DNA of 64,000 nucleotides from a virus: IMG/VR virus record IMGVR_UViG_3300002835_000025; one strand, 5' to 3'. Shown piece by piece: positions 9,634 to 18,826 of this stretch (position 1 is its first letter; each line of letters starts with the position of its first letter). The notes under the pieces were generated by a model. It saw only the letters and a program-made list of their open reading frames with translations, ran no database searches and was not told where the DNA came from. The position numbers and the translations under genes were made by a program.

Positions 9634-9664
9634 ATAATCTTTATTCTACTACAAAAGGTGATCT

Positions 9665-10771
9665 ATGAAATTAGCAGTATTGAAATTAGGCGCAAGAATT
9701 GTTTTTGGCCAAAAGGTTGGATCAAGCGGAGGATCAGGTGAAGCTGCTTCTTTAATAGAAATGATGGTTGAAGGTGGATGTGAAGTTGACTGTTATACTA
9801 AGGTATTGTCTTCAGATCAACAAAACAGATCAGTCAACGTGCTTAATATTGAAGACCATTATGAGAATATTACCAGTAATGTATACGATGCATTAGTAGT
9901 CATTAATGGCGCTGTTAATTTCTTTGGTGGCCAAGAAGACAGACCACAGATTCTTAATTATAAAGCAATAAACAACTTTAATGGAAAAATCATTTACTTG
10001 TACTGTGACCCGAATTTATCTCTAAAACAAATTTGGCCTTCTATTGAGAAGAAACCCTGGGCTTCAAATTGGAATAAGGAAGATATTAATATTACAAAGC
10101 CTATTAATGTGATTTCGCAATCATACAATTTAGAAAAAAATAAAGCACTATTTGAGAAAAATGGATATCCTGTAGAATCTATTGTGCAATATGATTTCCA
10201 AAAATTCCCAATGATGAAACCAAGAGAAACTTCTATTCTAGGAAAGACTGTTGATTTGTCTTATGGAGGAACCTTTAGATCTGGTAGAAGAGAAAAGAAA
10301 TTAATAGAATTCTATTTTGGACTCCCAGAAGATATTTCGGTAGAAGTATTCGGTAAAATTAAAATTACGGACTTTAATGAGAAAAAAGTAACCGGATTAC
10401 GTCCGCCAAAGTTTCTTCCTCCAGTCGATTATAATAATATGATTCAGAAAATGTCTTCTTCTAAAACCCATATTGCTATTGGTGATAATCAATACCCAGA
10501 TTTTGAAATGATCTCTCAAAGAGTATATGAATCTATTATGGCGGGAACTTTATTATTCATTGATAATGAATTTGATAAGAATAAAAGAATTTTTGGAAAC
10601 AATACTGAACTTTCCAATTTGCTATATATCAATGACAGAAATCAATTTGCAGATAGATTAAAATCATTGTCAGATTCTGATTACGAATCACTAATAGAAC
10701 TTCAACATTCATGTGTAGATTTTAATAAATCAGAATATTGTTTAAACTTTGTAAAACTTTTGGAGGTATAA
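9665..10771 (+). CDS. bgt: DNA beta-glucosyltransferase-like (T4 Bgt family, GT-B)
   Basis: Matches recalled T4 Bgt blocks: YD.LVV.N..NFFGG, W..I.K.PWA, I.VISQ, D..YGG.FRSG.RE.K, IGD..Y, RV.E, ID.EFD...RI. Confidence 0.9.
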   Translation: MKLAVLKLGARIVFGQKVGSSGGSGEAASLIEMMVEGGCEVDCYTKVLSSDQQNRSVNVLNIEDHYENITSNVYDALVVINGAVNFFGGQEDRPQILNYKAINNFNGKIIYLYCDPNLSLKQIWPSIEKKPWASNWNKEDINITKPINVISQSYNLEKNKALFEKNGYPVESIVQYDFQKFPMMKPRETSILGKTVDLSYGGTFRSGRREKKLIEFYFGLPEDISVEVFGKIKITDFNEKKVTGLRPPKFLPPVDYNNMIQKMSSSKTHIAIGDNQYPDFEMISQRVYESIMAGTLLFIDNEFDKNKRIFGNNTELSNLLYINDRNQFADRLKSLSDSDYESLIELQHSCVDFNKSEYCLNFVKLLEV

Positions 10772-10772
10772 T

Positions 10773-11585
10773 ATGGAACAAGAAAAAGACGTATTTGATG
10801 ACAGTTCAGCAGTATTTTTTAAAAATGGATTCCTTGGTAAAATAAAATTTTCCAGTGCATGGCATATTGCATTCATTAGCAGATATACTTCAACATGCAC
10901 AGAAATTACCAAAATCAAAAGAAAAAATACTGAAGATTATGTTACTATATTAGATGTTGGGTGTGGTAATAAAACATTCTATCAATTTTGGTCTAAAAGT
11001 TTTGAAAGTTTATTGCGTCCCAGAGTGGATTACTTGGGTTTAGAATATGAACAATCTGTTGTAGATGAAGCAAATTCACCAACTGGAAGAGAATCTGTCA
11101 ACAAATACAAAGTCATTCACTGTGATCTAAATACTACTTCATTTCATGACATTAAGCATCACGACAAATATGACGTAATTCTGTTGCAGGAAATTCTAGA
11201 ACATATTCCAAAAGAAACTGCATTGAAACTTATAAAAGAAGCATCTGAATTGGTATCAGATAGAGGATTTATTGTCATATCATCTCCTAATCCAAAAAAG
11301 GACGAAGGTCAAGAATTTGTATGGCCAGAGAATCACATTCAAGAGTTTACTTTGGACGAAATGCATGATATGATAACCACTAATGGATTAAGTATCAGAA
11401 GAGTCAATGGGTGGTTAGGTAAAGCCAGATATTTTAAAAAGCATTTGAGTTCTAACAATATGGCTCTATATAACCAATTAAAAGGGATTTCGCAAGGATT
11501 CGCGGCAAGTACGATAGCATTTCTAAATCCAAAGATTGCAGAATGTTATATTTTTATTGCAGAAAAAAATAAGGGTATATTATGA
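10773..11585 (+). CDS. Class I SAM-dependent methyltransferase
   Basis: ILDVGCG, YDVILLQEILEHI, ISSPN, HIQEFT. Confidence 0.88.
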   Translation: MEQEKDVFDDSSAVFFKNGFLGKIKFSSAWHIAFISRYTSTCTEITKIKRKNTEDYVTILDVGCGNKTFYQFWSKSFESLLRPRVDYLGLEYEQSVVDEANSPTGRESVNKYKVIHCDLNTTSFHDIKHHDKYDVILLQEILEHIPKETALKLIKEASELVSDRGFIVISSPNPKKDEGQEFVWPENHIQEFTLDEMHDMITTNGLSIRRVNGWLGKARYFKKHLSSNNMALYNQLKGISQGFAASTIAFLNPKIAECYIFIAEKNKGIL

Positions 11586-13294
11586 AAATCGTAATATTTT
11601 CAGGTGGCACTGGTTCAGTTCAATTACAGAAAGGTCTATATGAAACATTTGGTAAAGATGTATTAGACTATACGGTCATTACAAACTTAGCGGATAACGG
11701 TCTTTCTACTGGAGAATGCAGAAAAGTTATGGATGGAAAAATTATGGGTCCGTCCGATTTAAGAAAGAATCAAATGCTAAGAGCAAAACTGGAAAATAGT
11801 ATATCAGAAAAATTGTATGAATTCCTAAATGACAGAATAACTATTTCTGCCGATGAAGTTCAATCGGTGCTTTTAGACAGAATCCATAAACTAGACATTG
11901 ATATGTTTTATAGAGGTGTATTAGCTTCTGGAGTGAATCAATTCTTTGATAGCCAGTTATCATCACAGATAGATTATATTGACTTTTCAATTTCTAATAT
12001 CATTTATTCTGGAATAGCAAAGAAACATAACTATTCATTGGATTCTGCAGGAAAAGTATTTGAAGGAATATTAGACATTCCAGAGAATAGTGTAATTTCT
12101 AATACTGATTCTCCGATGTATCTTATGGCTAAAACCCAATCTGGTTATATTATACATGACGAAGCTGATATAGTATCATGGAATAATCCTGATGATAAAA
12201 TCGTAGATTGTTTCTTTGTTGATAACCATAATAAGCCAGTAATTCCAGAATTATCAGAACTTTCGAAATCTGTAATATTATCAGCAGACATTATAATTTT
12301 TTCATCCGGGACTCAATGGTCATCTCTTATTCCGACATATAAATCCATAGGATTCTCTGAAACTATATCAGAATCGAAAGCAAAGAAATATTTAATTCTT
12401 AATGCTAGTCAAGATGCTGATATGAAAGGTGTATCTGGTGACGAATTGATTAATATTCTTATGGGTTATTTACCAAAAGATACTACTATCATTTCTGCTT
12501 TAGACGGTGACCCTTTATTAATTCCTGATTCGTATCAAAAAATCTCAGCTTTCTTACTTAATCAGGGTAAACACGACGGGAAGGCATTGGTAAAAACTAT
12601 TTTTGACCACTATTATAATTACCCAAAGATTAGTGACCAATACGTTTTCGATTATGATGATACTATTGTTGCTAGAGGCTCGCAGCACTCTAAAGTATCT
12701 AAATCCAATGTCAAAAGAGTTCAAGAACTTTATAATAAGACTAATAATGTTTGGATATCTACTGGAAATACTATCAATGCTTTGCATGGAAATTTTTCTA
12801 ATATTAAAGCATTAGCAGATGGTGGTGTTAATCTATACAAATTTAATAAAGAAGGAATTCCGCAATTCGAAAAATGCCTAGATAATGATTTACTTTTCTC
12901 TAAAAATGATATAGAATATATTACGGCAGATATTGTAGACTGTGGAATTGATATTACTAAAATCCAAATACGTGGAAAGGTAATGATTTCTATCAAACCA
13001 ATATCTCCTGAATACAGACATAGCATTAAATTATTATTAGAATCTAAACTAAGCAAATACGATCTATTAATTAGAATGTCTGGAAGAACAACGATTGACA
13101 TTACAAAACCAAACTTGGATAAAATTTTAGCAACAGAAACTCTATTCGTTAATGATTTTACTTATATTGGTGATGAAGGTGAATCTGGCAATGACCACCA
13201 AATATCACAATGTGGACATTGCAATTTTATACCAGTTAAAGATGTCAAAGATACTAACATGTACTTAGCAATTCTATTGGGAAAAGATGATTAA
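11582..13294 (+). CDS. YvcK/CofD-like domain fused to HAD-IIB (phosphomannomutase-like) domain
   Basis: KIVIFSGGTG, DNGLSTG, PSDLRK, ADIIIFSSGTQWSSLIP; then FDYDDT, STGN, GRTTIDI...K, YIGDE..GND. Confidence 0.8.
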   Translation: MKIVIFSGGTGSVQLQKGLYETFGKDVLDYTVITNLADNGLSTGECRKVMDGKIMGPSDLRKNQMLRAKLENSISEKLYEFLNDRITISADEVQSVLLDRIHKLDIDMFYRGVLASGVNQFFDSQLSSQIDYIDFSISNIIYSGIAKKHNYSLDSAGKVFEGILDIPENSVISNTDSPMYLMAKTQSGYIIHDEADIVSWNNPDDKIVDCFFVDNHNKPVIPELSELSKSVILSADIIIFSSGTQWSSLIPTYKSIGFSETISESKAKKYLILNASQDADMKGVSGDELINILMGYLPKDTTIISALDGDPLLIPDSYQKISAFLLNQGKHDGKALVKTIFDHYYNYPKISDQYVFDYDDTIVARGSQHSKVSKSNVKRVQELYNKTNNVWISTGNTINALHGNFSNIKALADGGVNLYKFNKEGIPQFEKCLDNDLLFSKNDIEYITADIVDCGIDITKIQIRGKVMISIKPISPEYRHSIKLLLESKLSKYDLLIRMSGRTTIDITKPNLDKILATETLFVNDFTYIGDEGESGNDHQISQCGHCNFIPVKDVKDTNMYLAILLGKDD

Positions 13295-14039
13295 TTTAAT
13301 TATTATAGCTGCTGGAAACGGCAAAAGAATGGGAAACATTAATGTTCCAAAAGTATTATATCCAGTAAATGGAGTTCCTAATTTAAAAAGAATTATTACT
13401 AATGCTATAGAGTCCGAAGTATTTGACTCTATAGATTTAGTAATTAAAGATTCTGCAGTAAAAAGTTTTAAAGAATTTTTGGATAATAGTGAATTTGATA
13501 TTAAAATAAATCTAATTCCTATAAATTCGGGACTAGGAGATGGACATGCAATTCTTTCCATGTATAAGAATGCTCATCAATATAACAATTCTATATTGGT
13601 ATGGGGCGATGTTTATATTGATAGTCCAATGATATTCAAAGAATTGAAAGATGTTGGAAGTTCTACTGGTAATAACTTTTCAAGCGCAGTAATTCCGGTA
13701 TGTACTGAAAAGAATCCTTACGTTACTATATTGACTGATTCTAATATGAACGCATTATCAGCAGACTTCTCTAAACTTGGAGAAACTCATTTGGAAGGAT
13801 TCCACGATCAGTCTATATTCTATATCAATAACGATGTAATATATGATAGTCTTCAAAAAATGCATGAAGTGTTATGGAAAAATGGACAATACATTACTCA
13901 ATCAAAAGAATTAAATTTCTTACATATTCTTCATTATTTAAGAAATATTAATTACCCAGCAAATTGTTATATTACTGAGTACCCAACAAAGTCGTTTAAT
14001 AGTATTGAAGAATTGACAAAATTGGAAAATTCATTATGA
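13287..14039 (+). CDS. Sugar-phosphate nucleotidyltransferase (GlmU/MobA-like GT-A fold)
   Basis: IIIAAGNGKRM...PKVL, GLGDGHAI, VWGD. Confidence 0.85.
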   Translation: MINLIIIAAGNGKRMGNINVPKVLYPVNGVPNLKRIITNAIESEVFDSIDLVIKDSAVKSFKEFLDNSEFDIKINLIPINSGLGDGHAILSMYKNAHQYNNSILVWGDVYIDSPMIFKELKDVGSSTGNNFSSAVIPVCTEKNPYVTILTDSNMNALSADFSKLGETHLEGFHDQSIFYINNDVIYDSLQKMHEVLWKNGQYITQSKELNFLHILHYLRNINYPANCYITEYPTKSFNSIEELTKLENSL

Positions 14040-14350
14040 TAAAAACCGATAAAAAATATATCCTATTGGGATCATCGAGACTTAGAAATTTTAAACAAGT
14101 TAATGATTCTGCTTGGAGATTCTCTTGCAATTATTGTGGTGATTCTGTAAAGAATCCAAAGAAGACCCGCGGAAATATATACATGAAACACCACAAATTT
14201 CTTTATAAGTGTTTTAACTGCGGAATTTCTAAATCTATTTCTGAATTCATTAAAGATTTGGATTCTAATTTGCATACAAAATATGAAATGGAAAATTATA
14301 AAGAAGGATCCTCAATCTCACCAGATTTATCAATGTTCGGAGTAAAATGA
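14036..14350 (+). CDS. gp61 primase N-terminal zinc-binding domain only
   Basis: RFSCNYCGDS.K..KK.RG...YKCFNCG...FIK..D..L...Y..E as in T4 gp61; ends at 104 aa with no TOPRIM domain. Confidence 0.85.
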   Translation: MIKTDKKYILLGSSRLRNFKQVNDSAWRFSCNYCGDSVKNPKKTRGNIYMKHHKFLYKCFNCGISKSISEFIKDLDSNLHTKYEMENYKEGSSISPDLSMFGVK

Positions 14351-14424
14351 AACTTTTGTTGCATCAACTATTAATTCCATTAATTACTTCCATAGTAATA
14401 ACATACATAATTTACATATTGTAA
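14347..14424 (+). CDS. 25-aa hydrophobic peptide
   Basis: ATGA overlap; MKLLLHQLLIPLITSIVITYIIYIL. Confidence 0.35.
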   Translation: MKLLLHQLLIPLITSIVITYIIYIL

Positions 14425-14451
14425 GGAATCGCATGACACACAGGGGAATAC

Positions 14452-15444
14452 ATGGCTATTAGAATCTTAAGCCCAAAGAGTGAATATATTACTGATTATC
14501 CAACTGCTATAGAATTTTCAGAACAACAGGCATCAATAATTTGGTTTCCAGATGAAATAGAAGTAGAAAAGGATCTTCATGATCTGAAGACGAATTGCAC
14601 AGAATCAGAGTATCACGGCGTAATATCAACACTGAAATTATTCACTCTATATGAATTAAATGTTGGTAATGATTACTGGCAAAATTATGTCAGTAAAGTC
14701 TTTCCTAGACCAGATATTCAAAGAATGGCCTCTACCTTCTCGTTTATGGAATTAGGAGTACACGCTCCATTCTATAATAAAATCAACGAAGTTCTTGGAT
14801 TAGATAATGTTGACTTTTATAACTCTTACAAAGAAGATGAAGTACTAGCCAATAGAATGAATTGGATTGCAAAAAGAACTACTAAAAAAGATTCTGTGTA
14901 CAATGTCCTAAAATCGGTTGGAGTGTTTTCAATGATTGAAGGAGCTATTCTTTATAGTTCATTTGCATTTCTTAAACATTTCAACTCGGCAGGAAAAAAT
15001 AAACTCATCAATATAAATGCTGGAATAAATTTTTCAGCAATTGATGAAACCTTACACTCACAAGCAGGCGCATGGTTATTCAGAACATTAAAGTCAGAAG
15101 CTTTCGCCGATGAACAATTGACCTCTATTGAGTTAGTTGGCCTCAAAGAAGAATTGATAGAAACCGCAAGAGTTATTCTAGAGCACGAATCAATTATTAT
15201 TGATAAAATTTTTGAGAAGGGCCATATTAAGGGAATAACAAACACCCAATTAAAAAACTTTGTTGAATCTAGATTAGATATATGTCTAGAAAATCTTTCA
15301 TATAGTGGAATATTTAAACCGTCTTATAACCCAATTAAAACCTGGTTCTATAAAGATATTGAAAGCTCAACTTTACATGACTTCTTTTCAAGTCAAGGTA
15401 ATGATTATAGTCGCAATTGGTCAGAAGGAAAATTTCAATGGTAA
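14452..15444 (+). CDS. nrdB: Ribonucleotide reductase class Ia beta subunit
   Basis: W.PDE, E..H, EG..L.SSFA, DE.LH, DFF C-terminus. Confidence 0.95.
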   Translation: MAIRILSPKSEYITDYPTAIEFSEQQASIIWFPDEIEVEKDLHDLKTNCTESEYHGVISTLKLFTLYELNVGNDYWQNYVSKVFPRPDIQRMASTFSFMELGVHAPFYNKINEVLGLDNVDFYNSYKEDEVLANRMNWIAKRTTKKDSVYNVLKSVGVFSMIEGAILYSSFAFLKHFNSAGKNKLININAGINFSAIDETLHSQAGAWLFRTLKSEAFADEQLTSIELVGLKEELIETARVILEHESIIIDKIFEKGHIKGITNTQLKNFVESRLDICLENLSYSGIFKPSYNPIKTWFYKDIESSTLHDFFSSQGNDYSRNWSEGKFQW

Positions 15445-17144
15445 GAGAATTATCAATCTATGAAGAATTAGGTGAAGAACGTAAACTACTACAAGAGAAT
15501 GGTTCTCTTCCCCATTGGTGCACTACTGCCGCATGGCAAATGCTAAAAGAAAATTATCTTTCAAACAAATATACTGATTTGAAGTCTGTATATTCTAGAA
15601 TAGCAAAACACGCGGCAACATATACTAATGATCCAGCAACATGGGAATTAAAGTTCTTTGACTTATTATGGAATGGTTGGTTAGCAGCATCAACACCAGT
15701 GTTATCTAATATGGGAACTGGTATTGGATGTCCTGTATCATGCTCAGGCGGATTCATTAGTGATTCTGTCTATTCATTTTATGAATCACAAAAGGAAGCT
15801 GCGGTATTATCAAAAAATGGATTTGGAACTTCTGGTTATTTAGGTGACATCAGACCAAGAGGATCTAAAATATCTGGAATAAAAGGAAGTTCGTCTGGAG
15901 TTCTTCCAGTATTCAAAGACTTTGTTCAAATGTCAAGAGACATTAGCCAAGGAAGTCAACGACGCGGAGCTTGGGCAGGTTATATAGAAATTGACCATCC
16001 AGATTTCCATGAACTAGTCAATTATATTAACAAACAACCAGATGATGCAAATATTGGTTGGAATATTAGTAATGACTTTATTAAAAGATTAGATGCCGGA
16101 GATAAAGATGCTATTGAAAGATATCAAAAGGCATTGAAATTAAAAATGATTACAGGAAAAGGTTATTTTGAATTCATTGATAAAGTTAACGAACAAAATC
16201 CTGCAATGTATAAAGATTTGGGCCTTACAGTAAAAGCTTCCAATCTCTGTTCGGAAATACAATTATTCTCAGATGACGAACATACTTTTAGTTGCGTATT
16301 ATCATCAATGAATGCATCACTTTTTGATGAATGGAAAAATACAACAGCAGTATTTGATGCCACAGTTTTCCTTGACTGTGTTAACCAAGATCTAATAGAG
16401 ATTGGAAAGAACACTCGTGGAATGGAAAAGGTTGTTAGATTTGCAGAGAAAAGCAGAGCACTTGGATTAGGTTTATTAGGATTCCATACGTATCTTCAAG
16501 ATAATAATATTGCTTTTGAATCGTTTGAAGCCCAATTAAAGAATACTGAAATCTTTAAACATATCAATGAAGAATCATTAAAAGCTTCTCAATGGATGGC
16601 ATCACAATTTGGCGAACCTGAATGGTGCAAAGGTTATGGAGTTAGAAACACTCATAGAATTGCTGTTGCGCCAAATCTCAGTTCCGCTTTAATCTGTGGT
16701 TCTGTTAGTCAAGGCATAGAGCCAATTTATAAAAATGCATATGTTCAAAATACGGCAGCAGGAAAGATTGACCGAGTTAATCCAACACTATTAAAGTTAA
16801 TGAAAGAACGTGGTGTCTATTCTGATGATACTGTAAAGGATATTATCAACAAGAAAGGTTCGGTACAACATGTTGAATGGTTAGATGACCATGAGAAACT
16901 AGTATTTAAGACTGCATTTGAAATTGACCAAATGCATATTATTAGATTAGCATCAAGCCGTCAGAGATATATAGATCAAGCGCAAAGCATTAATTTATTT
17001 TTTAGCTCAGATGAGACTGAACAGTATATTAGTGAAGTACATAAAATGGCTTTCAAAGATCCCTATATTAAGAGTCTTTATTATATTAGATCTGAAAGCG
17101 GAGTTCAAACTAATAAAGGCGAATGTGTAGCCTGTCACGGATAA
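15438..17144 (+). CDS. nrdA: Ribonucleotide reductase class Ia alpha subunit (short, no ATP cone)
   Basis: STPVLSN, PVSC, SNLCSEI, AVAPN, SLYY, C-terminal CVAC. Confidence 0.95.
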   Translation: MVRELSIYEELGEERKLLQENGSLPHWCTTAAWQMLKENYLSNKYTDLKSVYSRIAKHAATYTNDPATWELKFFDLLWNGWLAASTPVLSNMGTGIGCPVSCSGGFISDSVYSFYESQKEAAVLSKNGFGTSGYLGDIRPRGSKISGIKGSSSGVLPVFKDFVQMSRDISQGSQRRGAWAGYIEIDHPDFHELVNYINKQPDDANIGWNISNDFIKRLDAGDKDAIERYQKALKLKMITGKGYFEFIDKVNEQNPAMYKDLGLTVKASNLCSEIQLFSDDEHTFSCVLSSMNASLFDEWKNTTAVFDATVFLDCVNQDLIEIGKNTRGMEKVVRFAEKSRALGLGLLGFHTYLQDNNIAFESFEAQLKNTEIFKHINEESLKASQWMASQFGEPEWCKGYGVRNTHRIAVAPNLSSALICGSVSQGIEPIYKNAYVQNTAAGKIDRVNPTLLKLMKERGVYSDDTVKDIINKKGSVQHVEWLDDHEKLVFKTAFEIDQMHIIRLASSRQRYIDQAQSINLFFSSDETEQYISEVHKMAFKDPYIKSLYYIRSESGVQTNKGECVACHG

Positions 17145-17145
17145 T

Positions 17146-17583
17146 ATGAAGAAATTATTATTACTATTAACATTAATCAGCACCTCGGTTTCGGCCGAGG
17201 TTTACAACTATCCTATTACTAGGGTCATTGACGGTGATACTGTCGAATTCAAAGCTGAATTCTTGCCTAAACCATTAAAGCCAGTGTTATCAATTCGCGT
17301 ATTAGGAGTTGATACCCCAGAAAAAGGATTCCGTGCAAAGTGTCCAAGTGAAGCAGAAAAAGGTAAATCTGCGTCGGAATTTACTAAACGCCTAGTTGCA
17401 GAATCTAAAGTCCAACAGGTTTCTATTAAGGATTGGGATAAATACGGTGGTAGAGTATTGGGTGATGTTATTCTTGATGGCAAATCTCTATCAGAAGAAC
17501 TAATAAAAAACGGATATGCTCGTTCATATCATGGTGAGAAAAAAGAATCTTGGTGCGGTATGACTACAGGGAAAGTAAAATGA
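17146..17583 (+). CDS. Thermonuclease (SNase) family, signal peptide
   Basis: RVIDGDT, IRVLGVDTPE, DKYGGR. Confidence 0.9.
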   Translation: MKKLLLLLTLISTSVSAEVYNYPITRVIDGDTVEFKAEFLPKPLKPVLSIRVLGVDTPEKGFRAKCPSEAEKGKSASEFTKRLVAESKVQQVSIKDWDKYGGRVLGDVILDGKSLSEELIKNGYARSYHGEKKESWCGMTTGKVK

Positions 17584-17729
17584 CAAAACAAATGTTTGAC
17601 TGTGACTCATGCGAGACACAAGGGATTATAACAATCCGAACAGATGGTGTTGAGAAAAATGATATTATCTATTGCCCAATCTGTGCAAGTCCAATCTTTA
17701 GAGATGAAGACGACACGGATGACGAATGA
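17580..17729 (+). CDS. Small zinc-ribbon protein
   Basis: CDSC...CPIC, acidic tail; ATGA overlaps at both ends. Confidence 0.7.
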   Translation: MTKQMFDCDSCETQGIITIRTDGVEKNDIIYCPICASPIFRDEDDTDDE

Positions 17730-18166
17730 GTTGGACTCATAACGGAAAATTAGTAACCGAATTGCCAGAGTGCGAAGGCTTTGTCTACTTGATATCTAAC
17801 AAGATTGATGGTAGACAGTATATCGGCAAGAAATTAGCAAAGTTTTCCAAAACGTCTATTAAGACTGTAGTACTGAAATCTGGTGAAAAGAAAAAGAAAC
17901 GAGTAAAGACAAAGGTTGAATCTGACTGGATGAAATACTGGTCATCATCAATTGAATTGCAACACGATGTTAAGACATTAGGTGAAGAAAATTTTACTCG
18001 TGAGATTATTCATTTCTGCCAAACCAAGGGTGAATGTTCGTACCTTGAAATGAAAGAACAGATCATAAACGAAGTACTAATACAACCAGACAAATGGTAC
18101 AATGCCTTTGTTGGTGGTAAGATTCATCGTAATCATGTAAAAAATTTATTTAAAGAGGTAAAGTAA
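17726..18166 (+). CDS. GIY-YIG family nuclease
   Basis: GFVY...YIGKK, SDW..YWSSS, F.REI. Confidence 0.8.
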   Translation: MSWTHNGKLVTELPECEGFVYLISNKIDGRQYIGKKLAKFSKTSIKTVVLKSGEKKKKRVKTKVESDWMKYWSSSIELQHDVKTLGEENFTREIIHFCQTKGECSYLEMKEQIINEVLIQPDKWYNAFVGGKIHRNHVKNLFKEVK

Positions 18167-18654
18167 TGTTCCATGAAAGTCCGGAATTCATAAAGCATCT
18201 TGATAGATGGTTAGATATGAGTGAACAAGTAGATGCAAAATTTCTTAATACTAATAAGACAAAAATACCTGCAATGTTTAGAACATATACTAAATCATTA
18301 TATCGAGGTTTAGTATTAAATCAAACTGAACTGACTGCTTACCAAAAGACTGGTAAATTAACTTTACCAAAACATACATCATGGTCTAAAGATAAAAAGA
18401 TTGCAATAAAATTTGTTGATGATCCGCAATATAAAATAAGCGGTAGCGGCAGTATAAAACTTATTTTGACCAAATCCTTCACGCCTGCTAATATTATTCT
18501 TGACATTAATGCTTTATTTCTTTTCTATGGACAGTCAAAAATGATACAGTTAGGAATAGATGATATGAGTGCGGATAGTGCTATGAAGGAACAAGAAGTA
18601 TTGATTGCATCAGGTATAAAAATAACGCCCGCAGAAACTGAATTGTGGTTTTAA
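18166..18654 (+). CDS. Putative ADP-ribosyltransferase (R-S-E class)
   Basis: LYRG, TSWS, EQEVL. Confidence 0.65.
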   Translation: MFHESPEFIKHLDRWLDMSEQVDAKFLNTNKTKIPAMFRTYTKSLYRGLVLNQTELTAYQKTGKLTLPKHTSWSKDKKIAIKFVDDPQYKISGSGSIKLILTKSFTPANIILDINALFLFYGQSKMIQLGIDDMSADSAMKEQEVLIASGIKITPAETELWF

Positions 18655-18709
18655 TTTAGTGATAAATAATCTATTAAAGGAACAAAACCCTTTAACAAAG
18701 GAGCAAAGA

Positions 18710-18823
18710 ATGGAGTTGCTCTATACAGCAAAGATTCTGGATAAGGATGGAAACTACCACCCAGATTTCTTTAGTGAAGAAACCGTTCGGAAAAGTAAGG
18801 AAGCTAAGCAAATCGAGGAGTAG
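18710..18823 (+). CDS. 37-aa hypothetical protein
   Basis: AAGGAG RBS, GATAAATA at 18661; MELLYTAKILDKDGNYHPDFFSEETVRKSKEAKQIEE. Confidence 0.55.
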   Translation: MELLYTAKILDKDGNYHPDFFSEETVRKSKEAKQIEE

Positions 18824-18826
18824 CCT

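Noticed and set aside
10773-11585. DNA C5 or N6/N4 methyltransferase
   Set aside because: Lacks the PC/ENV and DPPY/NPPY/SPPY catalytic motifs.
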